A program made the translations under genes and the position numbers. Positions 47,802 to 57,524 of a DNA stretch of 64,000 nucleotides are shown in pieces. Under the pieces are notes generated by a model. The model was not told where the DNA came from. It worked only from the letters and a program-made list of their open reading frames with translations, and searched no databases. This stretch comes from Pseudomonadota bacterium (GTDB lineage: Bacteria; Bdellovibrionota; Bdellovibrionia; Bdellovibrionales; Bdellovibrionaceae): the NCBI GenBank assembly GCA_041178425.1, contig JBEGVH010000006.1, positions 128,001-192,000 of the forward strand. Reading direction: 5' to 3'. Within the stretch, counting starts at the first letter, position 1; each line of letters starts with the position of its first letter.

Positions 47802-48317
47802 ATGGAAAATAGTCATTGTACGGGATGTGGATCAAAAGCGCGACTAACTTGTGAATGCTGTGGAGCTTCGGTTTGCAAGTACTGTATGCAATTTATCTCC
47901 GAGGAACGTTTTTCTCTCCAGCCGGAACTGGCGAAGAGGATTCCTCATGCATCGTATTGTCCATCTTGTTTTGATAGTCAGGTGGCAAATATTGTGACAA
48001 CGTACGAACACACAGTTGAACGAGCCCGCGATATTTTGGTCTATGAAAAGACTCAGGGCAAAGAAACACGTTTTTTCAAACGCACAGAAAAACCAGTTCG
48101 TGTGGAAAAATGCGAAGATCGTGCTGAGACACTTCTTCGCCTAGCTTTTTATGCGGCGGCGGCTGGGTTTAATGGGCTGATTGATGTCGATATTAAGGCA
48201 GAGAAGCTTCGCAATGGGTCTTATCAAAAAACAGTCTGGTCGGGCAGCGGTATACCTACCAATATTGAATCGCGCAAAGTTATGAAAGACCGTTCGATTT
48301 GGCACAATCCTAACTGA
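47802..48317 (+). CDS. Zinc-finger hypothetical protein
   Basis: CTGC, CECC, CKYC and CPSC pairs; YbjQ-like C-terminal half. Confidence 0.7.
   Translation: MENSHCTGCGSKARLTCECCGASVCKYCMQFISEERFSLQPELAKRIPHASYCPSCFDSQVANIVTTYEHTVERARDILVYEKTQGKETRFFKRTEKPVRVEKCEDRAETLLRLAFYAAAAGFNGLIDVDIKAEKLRNGSYQKTVWSGSGIPTNIESRKVMKDRSIWHNPN
48228..48317 (+). repeat. 90-bp direct repeat, copy 1 (3' end of ORF 47802)
   Basis: 83/90 identical to 49453-49542. Confidence 0.92.
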
Positions 48318-48501
48318 GATCGAATTTAAACCTGCTACTTTTTGCCTGGCTGTAAAAATCTAGTACCCGAATTGCGAATTTTACCCTATTTTGCCGAGGC
48401 GCGATCTCGCGCAATCTATCTTGCGAGCCCTATCTCGTAAGCAGGTTCTATTAAGCATTGGCCATCCTCTGGGTTTGGAGCTCAGGAGGGAAGGAGTACT
48501 C

Positions 48502-49431
48502 ATGGAAAATCATAGCAGCTACGCTGTTTCTACATTCTATTTTTTCAAAACACTCGATAATCTCGAAAGGGTGAAAGCTCAGGTGGAGGAATGCGCGAAG
48601 GCTCAATCGGTCACGGGCCTTTGCATCTTGGGAACAGAAGGCTTCAATTCCACCGTGGCTGCTCCGGGACGAGAGGCGATGCAGGCCTTTCAAACGTTTA
48701 TCAAGGAGTACTTTGCGCTTCCGGATCTTTTTTTTAAAGATTCTGAAAGTCATAAGAAACCTTTTCGCCGCTTTAAAATTAAGGTTCGTGAAGAGATCGT
48801 TACTTTGGGGACCCCCGAATTAGTGCCCGATCAAAAAAAGAATCATCATCTGACGCCCGAAGAATGGAACAAAGTTCTCAAAGAAGAAAAAGACTTTCTT
48901 TTGATTGATACTCGTAATTGGTACGAAACCCAGATGGGGACCTTCAAAGGCGCAGTCAATCCTCGCATTGATAAGTTCACGGAGTTTCCTGAATTTGTCG
49001 AGCAGCAAAAAATTGGAAAAGATAAGAAAATGTTGATTTTCTGCACTGGAGGAATTCGCTGTGAAAAGGGCATTCTTGAACTTCAAAGGCAGGGCTTTCA
49101 GAATGTCTACCAATTAGAGGGCGGCATTATCAATTATCTCAAGAAGTTTCCTGACGATCAATTTGAGGGAGAGTGTTTTGTTTTTGATCATCGAGTCGCT
49201 TTAGATCAGCATTTGCACCCCAGCGAAACTTACGGTTTGTGTCCTCATTGCGGTCAGCCGGCCAAAACAAAAATTGCCTGTCGACGTTGTGATACGGAGG
49301 CATTGATCTGCGAGGATTGCCTCGAGCTGGAATGGAAAAAAGAGACTTGCTCTAAAAATTGCGCCTATCATTTAGAATTGCATCCTGATCGCAAAGGAGA
49401 GCGCCAAGTTCCTGCCTATGAGGAGGAGTAA
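48502..49431 (+). CDS. trhO: tRNA uridine(34) hydroxylase TrhO (rhodanese-domain, YceA family)
   Basis: EGFNSTV, KVREEIVTLG, IDTRNWYE..GTFKGA, FCTGGIRCEK, YQLEGGIINY, GECFVFDHR. Confidence 0.85.
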   Translation: MENHSSYAVSTFYFFKTLDNLERVKAQVEECAKAQSVTGLCILGTEGFNSTVAAPGREAMQAFQTFIKEYFALPDLFFKDSESHKKPFRRFKIKVREEIVTLGTPELVPDQKKNHHLTPEEWNKVLKEEKDFLLIDTRNWYETQMGTFKGAVNPRIDKFTEFPEFVEQQKIGKDKKMLIFCTGGIRCEKGILELQRQGFQNVYQLEGGIINYLKKFPDDQFEGECFVFDHRVALDQHLHPSETYGLCPHCGQPAKTKIACRRCDTEALICEDCLELEWKKETCSKNCAYHLELHPDRKGERQVPAYEEE

Positions 49432-49452
49432 GAGGAACGGGGACGGAATCCA

Positions 49453-49542
49453 AAAACGGTCTGGTCGGGCAGCGGTATTCCCAACAATATTGAATCGCGA
49501 AAAGTTATGAAAGACCGTTCTATTTGGCACAATCCGAACTGA
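49453..49542 (+). repeat. 90-bp direct repeat, copy 2 (orphan duplicate of the last 30 codons of ORF 47802)
   Basis: Translates to KTVWSGSGIPNNIESRKVMKDRSIWHNPN*; 6 synonymous and 1 non-synonymous differences from copy 1. Confidence 0.92.
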
Positions 49543-49591
49543 TATTGTTGCATCCTCCAAGGTTTCCTGAAATCACAACCCCTATTTTGGT

Positions 49592-52500
49592 CTATCGATT
49601 CAGAATCTGCAACCTGTCTGCATCCGATATCGGGTCATTCAAGTTGCCTGATTTAGAGGGAAGAGTGCTTTTGGGAGTAAAGCCGCCGCAGGAAACACCC
49701 GCCCGACTTAACAGCAACATTGGATCACCGAGGAGTGCTCCCGAAGTAGCATCATAGAATTTGTTTAATTGGCCATGAAATGAATCAATTGAGCGTAATT
49801 GTTCTTCGGTGACTTGTCCAGCGAGGTACAATGGAGATTGAAGGGGCTGTCGTCGAGGATCTAACATCGTGCAGGACTGCCCAGGTTCTAGTGCTGCTAG
49901 ACTTAAGCCTCGCCGCTCCGAAGTCGTGTGACAGCTTATACAAAAAGCGTTACTGCGGTAGTCGATGCGGTTCGCATTCCAACTCAGACGACCATCATCC
50001 AAACCACCTTCTGCTTTTGGAGTAGCATACAAGATGGCCTCTCGTAGTGAGTGCAGGCCCTCCGCTTCCCGCAAAAGAGAGCGGTAAATACCCATGTGAT
50101 CACTATAATCGACAGAACAAACGAATCGTGCGTTGCCAGGAATAGCATACTCATTGACGTATGATTGTGGAATTTGATTGAAAATCTCTTGATGAACAGC
50201 CACCTCATAGAAGTTTGCCACGCTATGCCAGTGAGCTGAAGCGCCTTCCTTCAACCAGTGGAGGGAACCAAAAGCATGGTTACAAATAACTTCTGCTGTG
50301 GGGATATAAGCAAAAAGCTTCAACTCATCAATCCAGCCACGAAAGCCAGCGAGAGAATCATCGGGACTTTGTTTGCCAATACGCAACACAATCTTGCCTT
50401 TGCTGGATGTCGGATTAAACAAGCCAAAGAGTGATTTTTTACTGGTGAAAGATTGTTTTTTCATTCCATTCAAATAAACACTGCCCGATTTTCCGTCGGC
50501 TGCGACGGCAATACCCAGATGGAACCACTTTTGTTTAGCTGTGGGTAAGGGTATCACAACGCTGAGATCCCCTTTCTTAAAACGTATAACCGTGGGGTTG
50601 AGCAACACTTTCGTACCATCAGGAAAGCTCAACAACTGGCGATTGGTGTCGTTAGCGCTGCGACTATCGAAAAACATCGAGAGAAAGAGGTTCGTCGACT
50701 TCACGGCTCTTGGGAATTCATAACTGAGAGTGTTGTTGCCATCTAACCATAAGCCTCGCCCATGGATGCCCCCGAGAGCAACTGGTTCCACACGTCCACT
50801 CGTGAGGTGCCCATAAGTGGGAATTGGTAGGTCAGGCGAGGTCGCAGCGTTTTGTATCAGAATCGCGCGATTTTGTTGATCGATCTTGTTGTCATTTTCG
50901 CCATCGAACCCATCTCGATAGTACCAACCATCGTATCGTGCCCAAGTGGCATTAATGAACTCAACACCAGCCATCATCGAAGACACAATAAGGGCACGTG
51001 GATCAAGATAGTCATCAAAAACAATTTCATCGCTGCCAGCTGCATTGTTCACAGTCCAAACAAGGTCTCGAGGCAGAGTAGGGCGCAAAAAACGATAGGT
51101 GTTGGTCAAATTTTCTAGAGAATCAATGACGTTCGAAGTTTGACTCATCCCTTTGATCTCAGCGTTCTCACTGTAGCTTTCCAGTTGATTGTCGATTCCC
51201 GAACCGCCAGGCCCAGTATCTCTACCTGCGGCGGCCCGCACCCAACCGTCGAAGGCGCCATTTGGCTGGTAGAGTTGGATTTCGCGCTGAAACTGCAAAC
51301 CGCGTCTCAGACCATAGTCGATGTGGTTGATCATGCCATCAAGAACCACTGTTTTACCATGAGTCCATGAGCCGAGCACTGCTGCTCCACGAATATGTTC
51401 GGGGGATTCGGGATTGTAAGGGGACTGTTGGCAATTGGGAACACCAGCGATACATCGAACCGGATAACGAGACGAATTGGGGAGCATGTCTTGCTCTTGT
51501 GTATTCCGGTTTGGCTCCTCTGTGGGAATTGGGTGAAACTTCCAATCATAGCTGAACAATACGCTTCCGCCCGAAGCGAAGAAAAGATTATTACCCTCTC
51601 GATCAATCCATGGGTAAGTGGGGAACATTGCATTTTCTGGAATCAGGTTGCCAAAAGAGTCTCGCATCGGATACTCGGCAATGCCATAACGAGCTTTGCC
51701 CGAGATCGAATCTTTCATATCAGAGTCATGAGGGGCTTTTTGTATTCTTTTAATATAGGAAAATTGGCTGGCATCGCAAGGATTAGCGTTAAGTGGGGCG
51801 ACCATATAGTAAATATCAACATCGTTGTCTCCGGAGTCGTCGTTGCCGTCAATTTTCTTTATGGGTACAAAACTCATTCGAGCCACGTAAAGGCGCCCAT
51901 CGGTTGTGGCTACCGGCTCGAAAGAAAAGAAGTTTTCATTACTCATGTTATAATCGATTTCAATAGGCTGAGACTTTTCGCGAATCTCACTATTGGGCGC
52001 AGGGCGGACATCGCGAACACGGGCTTGAGCTGTTTTAGGGTTCTCCACTTCGACGATAATTTGTCGACTTCGGAAGAAACCGCGATCAAGATTCTTGTTC
52101 GGATTATTAGGACTCTTCATTGTGCGAAAGCCTACATAAGTTAGATCGTAACAGTCATTAATTCCACACTTGCGCGGTTGATCGACTTTTTTCACATGGT
52201 TACAAATCGTGCCACCAGCAAAACCAGCGTCGCTGGGATCTGATGGCTTTGAAAGAAAGTAGGGAAGATGGCTGTGCCATCCTTCAGTATCAGTGAGGAT
52301 GTTCAAACCGGGTTCGCTAAAGGGAAAGGGGCGATCAATTTTTTCGGGAGCGAGGAGATAAAGTCGAAGGTTTGACCAATTAAAGCCTAGACGTCCATCG
52401 TGGGAGGTGCGTACTGGTGGAATCGCTGGACGAACGGGCCGATAAAATTGGGGGGTCGTCTTTGCAATGGAACCATCCGGATTGCGAGTGACATCGACTT

Positions 52501-52771
52501 CAAAAACCTGATGAAGAAGTACGGGTGCATCGGGACGCTTTGCATGAGCGAAAGGTTTTGTCGCAGCCGGTTCTTTTCCAATAATTGCGGGTTGGATCAA
52601 TCCATTCGGTCGCAGTTTTTCTTCAGTATTGGCATTTAATCCATCTTCAGCAGTAGCTTCATCAAGCATCAGTTGAAACTTTAGTTGATCAGAGGGCGAA
52701 CAGTTTTGAAAAGTAATAAAGATAATTGATAGTATGGCGAAGAAAAATATTTTCATCCCTAAGTGCTGCAT
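49592..52771 (-). CDS. Large lipoprotein with LamG-like domain and one C-terminal CxxCH heme-c motif (paralog A)
   Basis: FQNC lipobox; LamG-like WFHLGI...VYLNG...FRGWIDELKLF; FCISCH. Confidence 0.75.
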   Translation of the reverse strand: MQHLGMKIFFFAILSIIFITFQNCSPSDQLKFQLMLDEATAEDGLNANTEEKLRPNGLIQPAIIGKEPAATKPFAHAKRPDAPVLLHQVFEVDVTRNPDGSIAKTTPQFYRPVRPAIPPVRTSHDGRLGFNWSNLRLYLLAPEKIDRPFPFSEPGLNILTDTEGWHSHLPYFLSKPSDPSDAGFAGGTICNHVKKVDQPRKCGINDCYDLTYVGFRTMKSPNNPNKNLDRGFFRSRQIIVEVENPKTAQARVRDVRPAPNSEIREKSQPIEIDYNMSNENFFSFEPVATTDGRLYVARMSFVPIKKIDGNDDSGDNDVDIYYMVAPLNANPCDASQFSYIKRIQKAPHDSDMKDSISGKARYGIAEYPMRDSFGNLIPENAMFPTYPWIDREGNNLFFASGGSVLFSYDWKFHPIPTEEPNRNTQEQDMLPNSSRYPVRCIAGVPNCQQSPYNPESPEHIRGAAVLGSWTHGKTVVLDGMINHIDYGLRRGLQFQREIQLYQPNGAFDGWVRAAAGRDTGPGGSGIDNQLESYSENAEIKGMSQTSNVIDSLENLTNTYRFLRPTLPRDLVWTVNNAAGSDEIVFDDYLDPRALIVSSMMAGVEFINATWARYDGWYYRDGFDGENDNKIDQQNRAILIQNAATSPDLPIPTYGHLTSGRVEPVALGGIHGRGLWLDGNNTLSYEFPRAVKSTNLFLSMFFDSRSANDTNRQLLSFPDGTKVLLNPTVIRFKKGDLSVVIPLPTAKQKWFHLGIAVAADGKSGSVYLNGMKKQSFTSKKSLFGLFNPTSSKGKIVLRIGKQSPDDSLAGFRGWIDELKLFAYIPTAEVICNHAFGSLHWLKEGASAHWHSVANFYEVAVHQEIFNQIPQSYVNEYAIPGNARFVCSVDYSDHMGIYRSLLREAEGLHSLREAILYATPKAEGGLDDGRLSWNANRIDYRSNAFCISCHTTSERRGLSLAALEPGQSCTMLDPRRQPLQSPLYLAGQVTEEQLRSIDSFHGQLNKFYDATSGALLGDPMLLLSRAGVSCGGFTPKSTLPSKSGNLNDPISDADRLQILNR

Positions 52772-52930
52772 GCATCCATCCCTAGATTCTTTTGAACGAA
52801 TCGATAAATTTTTTATCGATTGAGCTCGTTAAAGCCTTTTTCAAACTATCATATTTAGCCATCGAGGTAAGCAATTAAGCCTTCAACAGGACGAGTTGCG
52901 AGGTCGTGTAAAAAGGGATTATCCGTCCAA

Positions 52931-52958
52931 TGCTCCGATAAGTTATATTATGTTACAT
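52931..52958 (+). other. dif: dif-like XerC/XerD recombination site
   Basis: TGCTCCGATAA-GTTATA-TTATGTTACAT in 11-6-11 layout; XerD arm matches E. coli TTATGTTAAAT at 10/11; inner ATAA/TTAT symmetry; intergenic. Confidence 0.85.
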
Positions 52959-52974
52959 CGAGTGTGTGGGTTAA

Positions 52975-53232
52975 ATAAATCTTGATCCTTATAGCAAGGA
53001 ACTGGCAAACCCCAAACTTATTAAAAAAGCTATCCTGCAGGCCTTGGTCGATGGTGATTTAGATGCGGTTCAGGATTTGTTGGTCGCCCACCTCCGAACC
53101 ATTAATAAATCAAAGCTGTCTTCAAAAACAAAGCTTGGTCGTCAAACTTTGTATGATCTCATGGACCCAGAAAAAGAATTTAACCCTTCGCTAAAGACGC
53201 TCACCAATATCCTAAAAAATCTGGCTGCTTAG
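52975..53232 (+). pseudogene. N-terminally truncated HTH antitoxin-like (addiction-module antidote) gene
   Basis: Frame opens after TAA 52972-52974 with no ATG or RBS: LDPYSKELANPKLIKKAILQAL...LSSKTKLGRQTLYDL...NPSLKTLTNILKNLAA; no toxin gene adjacent. Confidence 0.6.
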
Positions 53233-53443
53233 AGTCAAGTCACAATGGCTGAACGATGGGTCAGTGGGCCTTTTGGGACTGGCTTTTGGGGGGGGGCTTT
53301 GGGAACTCGGAATTTCAATATCTTGAAGCCACCTTCGAAAGTTACAGAAAACGTCACAATGAAAAAAAATCCACACTGACAAAGCACCATTAGCGACTTT
53401 GGCCTTTAAAAGCTATAATCGCGGTCTCTAGTGGGAGGATATT

Positions 53444-54298
53444 TTGCGTTCATATTTCAACCTTTTATTTCGTTCCTTCTTGGTAATCGCTAGCTTAGTT
53501 ATTTCGGTGTCTTCATCTCACGCGGCCGAATCCAAGCCCGAATCCGAACCCCTTTATATGCTCGAGAATCCGGCCGAATTTCGATTTTGGCTTGCTAAAA
53601 GAGTCCATTATATCTGCGACGACACAGCCTTGCTTAAGCAGATGCGAACGAATATACCCAACGTTCTTTTTTACGGATTAAATCAAATAAAACAAATTAA
53701 TCCTGAATTAGTCGATTTTAAAACGTATTGGCACGAAAGATTTAAAATCAATTTTCGCTGCGTTGAAGATTCTTTTGATCCAGCTCTGAAAGATCGCTTT
53801 GTGCCAGATCACTATCCTTTAGATTGGCTGAACATTTTTAGAGAGCAGCACGGAGAAAATATTTTTGTCTCGCGATCCTTAATTTCAAAAATCGATATGA
53901 GCCACTACTTAGGGCGTAATCCGAATGCTTACACATGGAGTTTTAGTCAAGACGATTACCCTCTGGGCGACCAGCATCTCCAAAAAGCAAAGAGCGATCC
54001 ATTTCTTAAAGAACGCCAAACTTTATTTGTTGCTTACCTTCAAGCCAGAGATTATGAAACAATTCCGAGAAGTACCGTCAATTACTTGCCTCAAAATATG
54101 GATCGTATACCAATCAGTCATCGACTCTCTTATAATTGTGCCGAGGTGGCCTACCCTTTTTTAAGTCGAGGTCAAAGGCATGGAGCTCCCTTCGACCTTC
54201 AGAACGCCTGTGCCTTTTGCGCCATGGCTGAATACAATTTTCGAGACACAAAAATTAACTTCAACTTGAGCGGCAAGGCCCAATTACTTTGTCATTAA
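53444..54298 (+). CDS. Secreted hypothetical protein
   Basis: TATAAT (53414-53419), GGGAGG RBS, TTG start, signal peptide ending SHA. Confidence 0.7.
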   Translation: MRSYFNLLFRSFLVIASLVISVSSSHAAESKPESEPLYMLENPAEFRFWLAKRVHYICDDTALLKQMRTNIPNVLFYGLNQIKQINPELVDFKTYWHERFKINFRCVEDSFDPALKDRFVPDHYPLDWLNIFREQHGENIFVSRSLISKIDMSHYLGRNPNAYTWSFSQDDYPLGDQHLQKAKSDPFLKERQTLFVAYLQARDYETIPRSTVNYLPQNMDRIPISHRLSYNCAEVAYPFLSRGQRHGAPFDLQNACAFCAMAEYNFRDTKINFNLSGKAQLLCH

Positions 54299-54316
54299 AT
54301 TGATTTTCGGGCTCGT

Positions 54317-57301
54317 TTAATCGCAGCTTCCTCCAGCCTTTGCGGGTTGAACCATTGGATCTAGCAAAAGGGCGCCAGAAGGCGAATACAATTTTGGTTT
54401 CGTCTGGTGGTCTGTTGCAATACTCCATAATTGTATCTCGGTCGATAATCCTGAAAGATACAGCGGCCCTTGCAAAGGTTGACGCCGAAGGTCGTTCATA
54501 GAGCATTGATGGCCTGGTGTTAAGGCTGCAATGCTTAAACCTCTTCGACCTTCGGTGCTATGGCAACTAAGACAAAAAGCACTCTGTTGAAAATCAACGC
54601 GCGGAGCATTCCAATGGAGGCGACCGTCGTCAACGCCTCCCCCAGATTTCGGAACGGCAAATAGGAGTGCGTCTCGAAGTGACACAAGGTTTTCGTTTTC
54701 GCGCAGTAATGAGCGATAGATCCCCATGGAGTCATTGTAGTCGGTGGTACAAACCACGCTGGCATCGGCTGGAATTGCTTTTTCCGACATAAAATTGGCG
54801 GGAATTCCAGAGAGAATTTCTCGATGGGTTTCTCTGGGGTAAGCATTTGACAATGTTTTCCAGTATGGACCCGCCTCTGGTTTTACATAATGAAGTGAAC
54901 CATAAGCGTGATTACAAATAACTTCAGGAACCGGTTGATAGGCAAATAATTTAAGATCGTCAATCCAACCGCGAAAACCGGCTTCTTTGGTTGCTGCGGC
55001 CACCCCGACCACGAGGTTAATCGCGGCATTGTTAGTTTGCGGCACCAACTGAAACATTTTTTTCTTAAACTGAGTTCTGTGTTTTTTCATTCCGTTAACA
55101 TACAACGAAACATTCTTGCCATCGGCAGAGACCGAGAGGCCTAACTGAGACCAGCGTCCTGTCGGTAAGGCCTCGATGAAATCCTTTTTTTGAACCGATT
55201 TGTCAGCCGTAAAAGTTTTTGTGACTTGAATTTTGTCGTTCATTAGCCTTACTGCCGTTCCATCAGGAAACAGCAACAACCTTTTAAATTTATTGTTCTC
55301 CGGACGAGGATCGACGAACATCGTGAGAAAAAGCGGTTCATTTTTGATTGCTTTTGGAAACGTATAGGTGAGAGTACTCCCTTCGAGCCACAATCCTCGA
55401 CCATGAATACCACCCAGAGCCACAGGCTCCACTCTCCCCTTATTCAGATACCCGTAACTAGGAACAGGAAGCGATTCAGACGTTGCTGCATTTTGAATGA
55501 GGATCGCAGTGTTTTGTTTTTGTGGGAGATTGGAAGCGCCACCCCAGCCAAAACCATCACGGTAATGCCAGTTATTGTGACGGCCGCCGTAATCTTCCAT
55601 CTCAGCACCAGCGATCATCGAAGAAACAATCAAGGCTTTAGGATCCATATAATCATCAAAAACAACCTCATCGCTACCAAGGCTATTGTTCATAGTCCAA
55701 ACCACATCGCGCGGTAAAGTCGGGCGCATATTTCGATAGGCATTAAGAGTGTTTTCGAGGGAATCAACCACACCAGTTAAAACACTCATGCCTCTGATTT
55801 CGGAATTTTCTTGGTAGCTTTCGATACCGTTATTGATTCCTGAACCTGAAGAGCTATTATCGCGTCCTGGCCCCACGCGCACCCAACCATCAAAGCCTTC
55901 GCGCGGTTGATAGAGATTGAGCTCTCGTTGAAACTGCAAACCCCTCTTTAGTCCATAATCGGAGGCATTGATGAGACCATCTAAAACAACTGTTTTACCG
56001 TGGGTCCATGAACCCAAAACTGAAAAACCTCTCACCACATCAGGCGTTTCGGCGCCATAGGGAGAGTCCATACAATTAGGTGTCTCTTTGATACAGCGAG
56101 CAGGATATCGCTCTGAATTAGGTATTACGATCCAATCTCGCACCTGACCGCGACGTTCAGGTTCTGTCACCGGGCGCTCGGTAAAGTTTTCGCCTTTACT
56201 AAAGTCATAGTTGTAAAGCCGACTCCCGCCGGTCGAGAAAAAGAGGTTATTACCATGACGATCAATCCAAGGATAAATCGGAAAAAGAGCTTTCTCAGAA
56301 AGGAGTTTTCCAAAGGAATCACGCATTGGGTATTCGGCGATTCCGTACCGAGCTTTTCCTGTTGCGGGGTCTCGCATCTCTGGGTCTTTGTGAGCAAATT
56401 GAATGCGCTTCATCGAACTAAAGGCGGAAGCATCACAAGGTTCAGATGATGCTGGTGCCACCATATAGTAGATATCTAAATCTTTCGCTCCGGCATTGTT
56501 AGTGCCGTCGATGTTTCGAATGGGCATAAAACCCGCGCGCGCAACGAAGAGTCGCCCATCGGCCGTGGCAGCAGGCTCTAGAGAGGAAAAGTTTCCATCG
56601 GTTAAATTGTAATCAATCTCGATGGGCTGAGCTTTTTCTTTAACGGGGCCATTACCTCTAACCGCTACAATGCGAGCATTGACTGTCTTTGGATTATGAA
56701 CCTCAATAACCACTTTGCGACTGCGAAAGAAGGCGTGATCAAAGCTGTTCTTTGGATTGTTGGGGCTCTTCATCATTCGATAAGAGAGATAGGACATCTC
56801 ATAGCACTCATTATTTCCGTTGCAGCGTTTGGTTTGTTCGGCAATAGGCGCTGAATTACAAAAAACGGATCCTGCAAAATAGCCCGGTCGATTTTGATCT
56901 CCTTCTTTAAAAAGGAGGTCTTCGATATTGCTATAAAAACCATTGAGATCGCCAATAATTGCTAATCCCGATTCGCTAAATGGAAACGGACGTGTGATTT
57001 TTTCCGGTGCCAACAAATAGATATTTCGGTTGGTCCAATTGAACCCGATGCGACCATCGTGAGAGGTTCGTACGGGAGGGATCGTCGGACGAATCGAGCG
57101 GTAATACTGAGGACTCTGGTACTTGATTGAACCATCGGCATTTCGCTCGATATCCACTTCATGGACCTCTCTCATGAGCGCAGGAGCTTGTGGCACTCCA
57201 CCAGGCTTGGTACCAGGGGGCTCAGCGGCTAGGCACGGCAAAGAAGCTGTGAGAATAATAAAAGTATATAGTTTATATTTAGTGTGGCACGAAATTTTCA
57301 A
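54317..57301 (-). CDS. Large exported protein with LamG-like domain and CxxCH motif (paralog B)
   Basis: AGGAGG RBS before TTG 57301; signal peptide; shares IPPVRTSHDGR, LGSWTHGKTVVLDG, GRVEPVALGGIHGRGLWL and FCLSCH with paralog A. Confidence 0.75.
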   Translation of the reverse strand: MKISCHTKYKLYTFIILTASLPCLAAEPPGTKPGGVPQAPALMREVHEVDIERNADGSIKYQSPQYYRSIRPTIPPVRTSHDGRIGFNWTNRNIYLLAPEKITRPFPFSESGLAIIGDLNGFYSNIEDLLFKEGDQNRPGYFAGSVFCNSAPIAEQTKRCNGNNECYEMSYLSYRMMKSPNNPKNSFDHAFFRSRKVVIEVHNPKTVNARIVAVRGNGPVKEKAQPIEIDYNLTDGNFSSLEPAATADGRLFVARAGFMPIRNIDGTNNAGAKDLDIYYMVAPASSEPCDASAFSSMKRIQFAHKDPEMRDPATGKARYGIAEYPMRDSFGKLLSEKALFPIYPWIDRHGNNLFFSTGGSRLYNYDFSKGENFTERPVTEPERRGQVRDWIVIPNSERYPARCIKETPNCMDSPYGAETPDVVRGFSVLGSWTHGKTVVLDGLINASDYGLKRGLQFQRELNLYQPREGFDGWVRVGPGRDNSSSGSGINNGIESYQENSEIRGMSVLTGVVDSLENTLNAYRNMRPTLPRDVVWTMNNSLGSDEVVFDDYMDPKALIVSSMIAGAEMEDYGGRHNNWHYRDGFGWGGASNLPQKQNTAILIQNAATSESLPVPSYGYLNKGRVEPVALGGIHGRGLWLEGSTLTYTFPKAIKNEPLFLTMFVDPRPENNKFKRLLLFPDGTAVRLMNDKIQVTKTFTADKSVQKKDFIEALPTGRWSQLGLSVSADGKNVSLYVNGMKKHRTQFKKKMFQLVPQTNNAAINLVVGVAAATKEAGFRGWIDDLKLFAYQPVPEVICNHAYGSLHYVKPEAGPYWKTLSNAYPRETHREILSGIPANFMSEKAIPADASVVCTTDYNDSMGIYRSLLRENENLVSLRDALLFAVPKSGGGVDDGRLHWNAPRVDFQQSAFCLSCHSTEGRRGLSIAALTPGHQCSMNDLRRQPLQGPLYLSGLSTEIQLWSIATDHQTKPKLYSPSGALLLDPMVQPAKAGGSCD

Positions 57302-57524
57302 TCCGCCCTCCTGATCAATGATGGAAGTCATTCCTCGGTTGATCAAAGAAACAGCAAAACGGTGCCAAGGTCAGGTTTTCGAGGAACTCCACAAAAGTTT
57401 AGTTTTGCTGTCTTGATTTGGATCGAAGACGCCCCTTAAAGAACAAAACATCCTAATTTTTCGAATGGAATTTGAGAAAATCAGCTCGATATGATGCAAT
57501 AGAAAAAAGATTCAGGAGATCAGT

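Noticed and set aside
48228..49542. Direct repeat as a DGR template/variable repeat pair
   Set aside because: The mismatches are not adenine-specific on either strand, are mostly synonymous, and there is no reverse transcriptase in the window.
57353..57368. sigma54 promoter TTGGCACCGTTTTGCT upstream of paralog B (similar word near 3013-3030)
   Set aside because: GG-to-GC spacing is 9 nt (8 nt in the other case), not the required 10.
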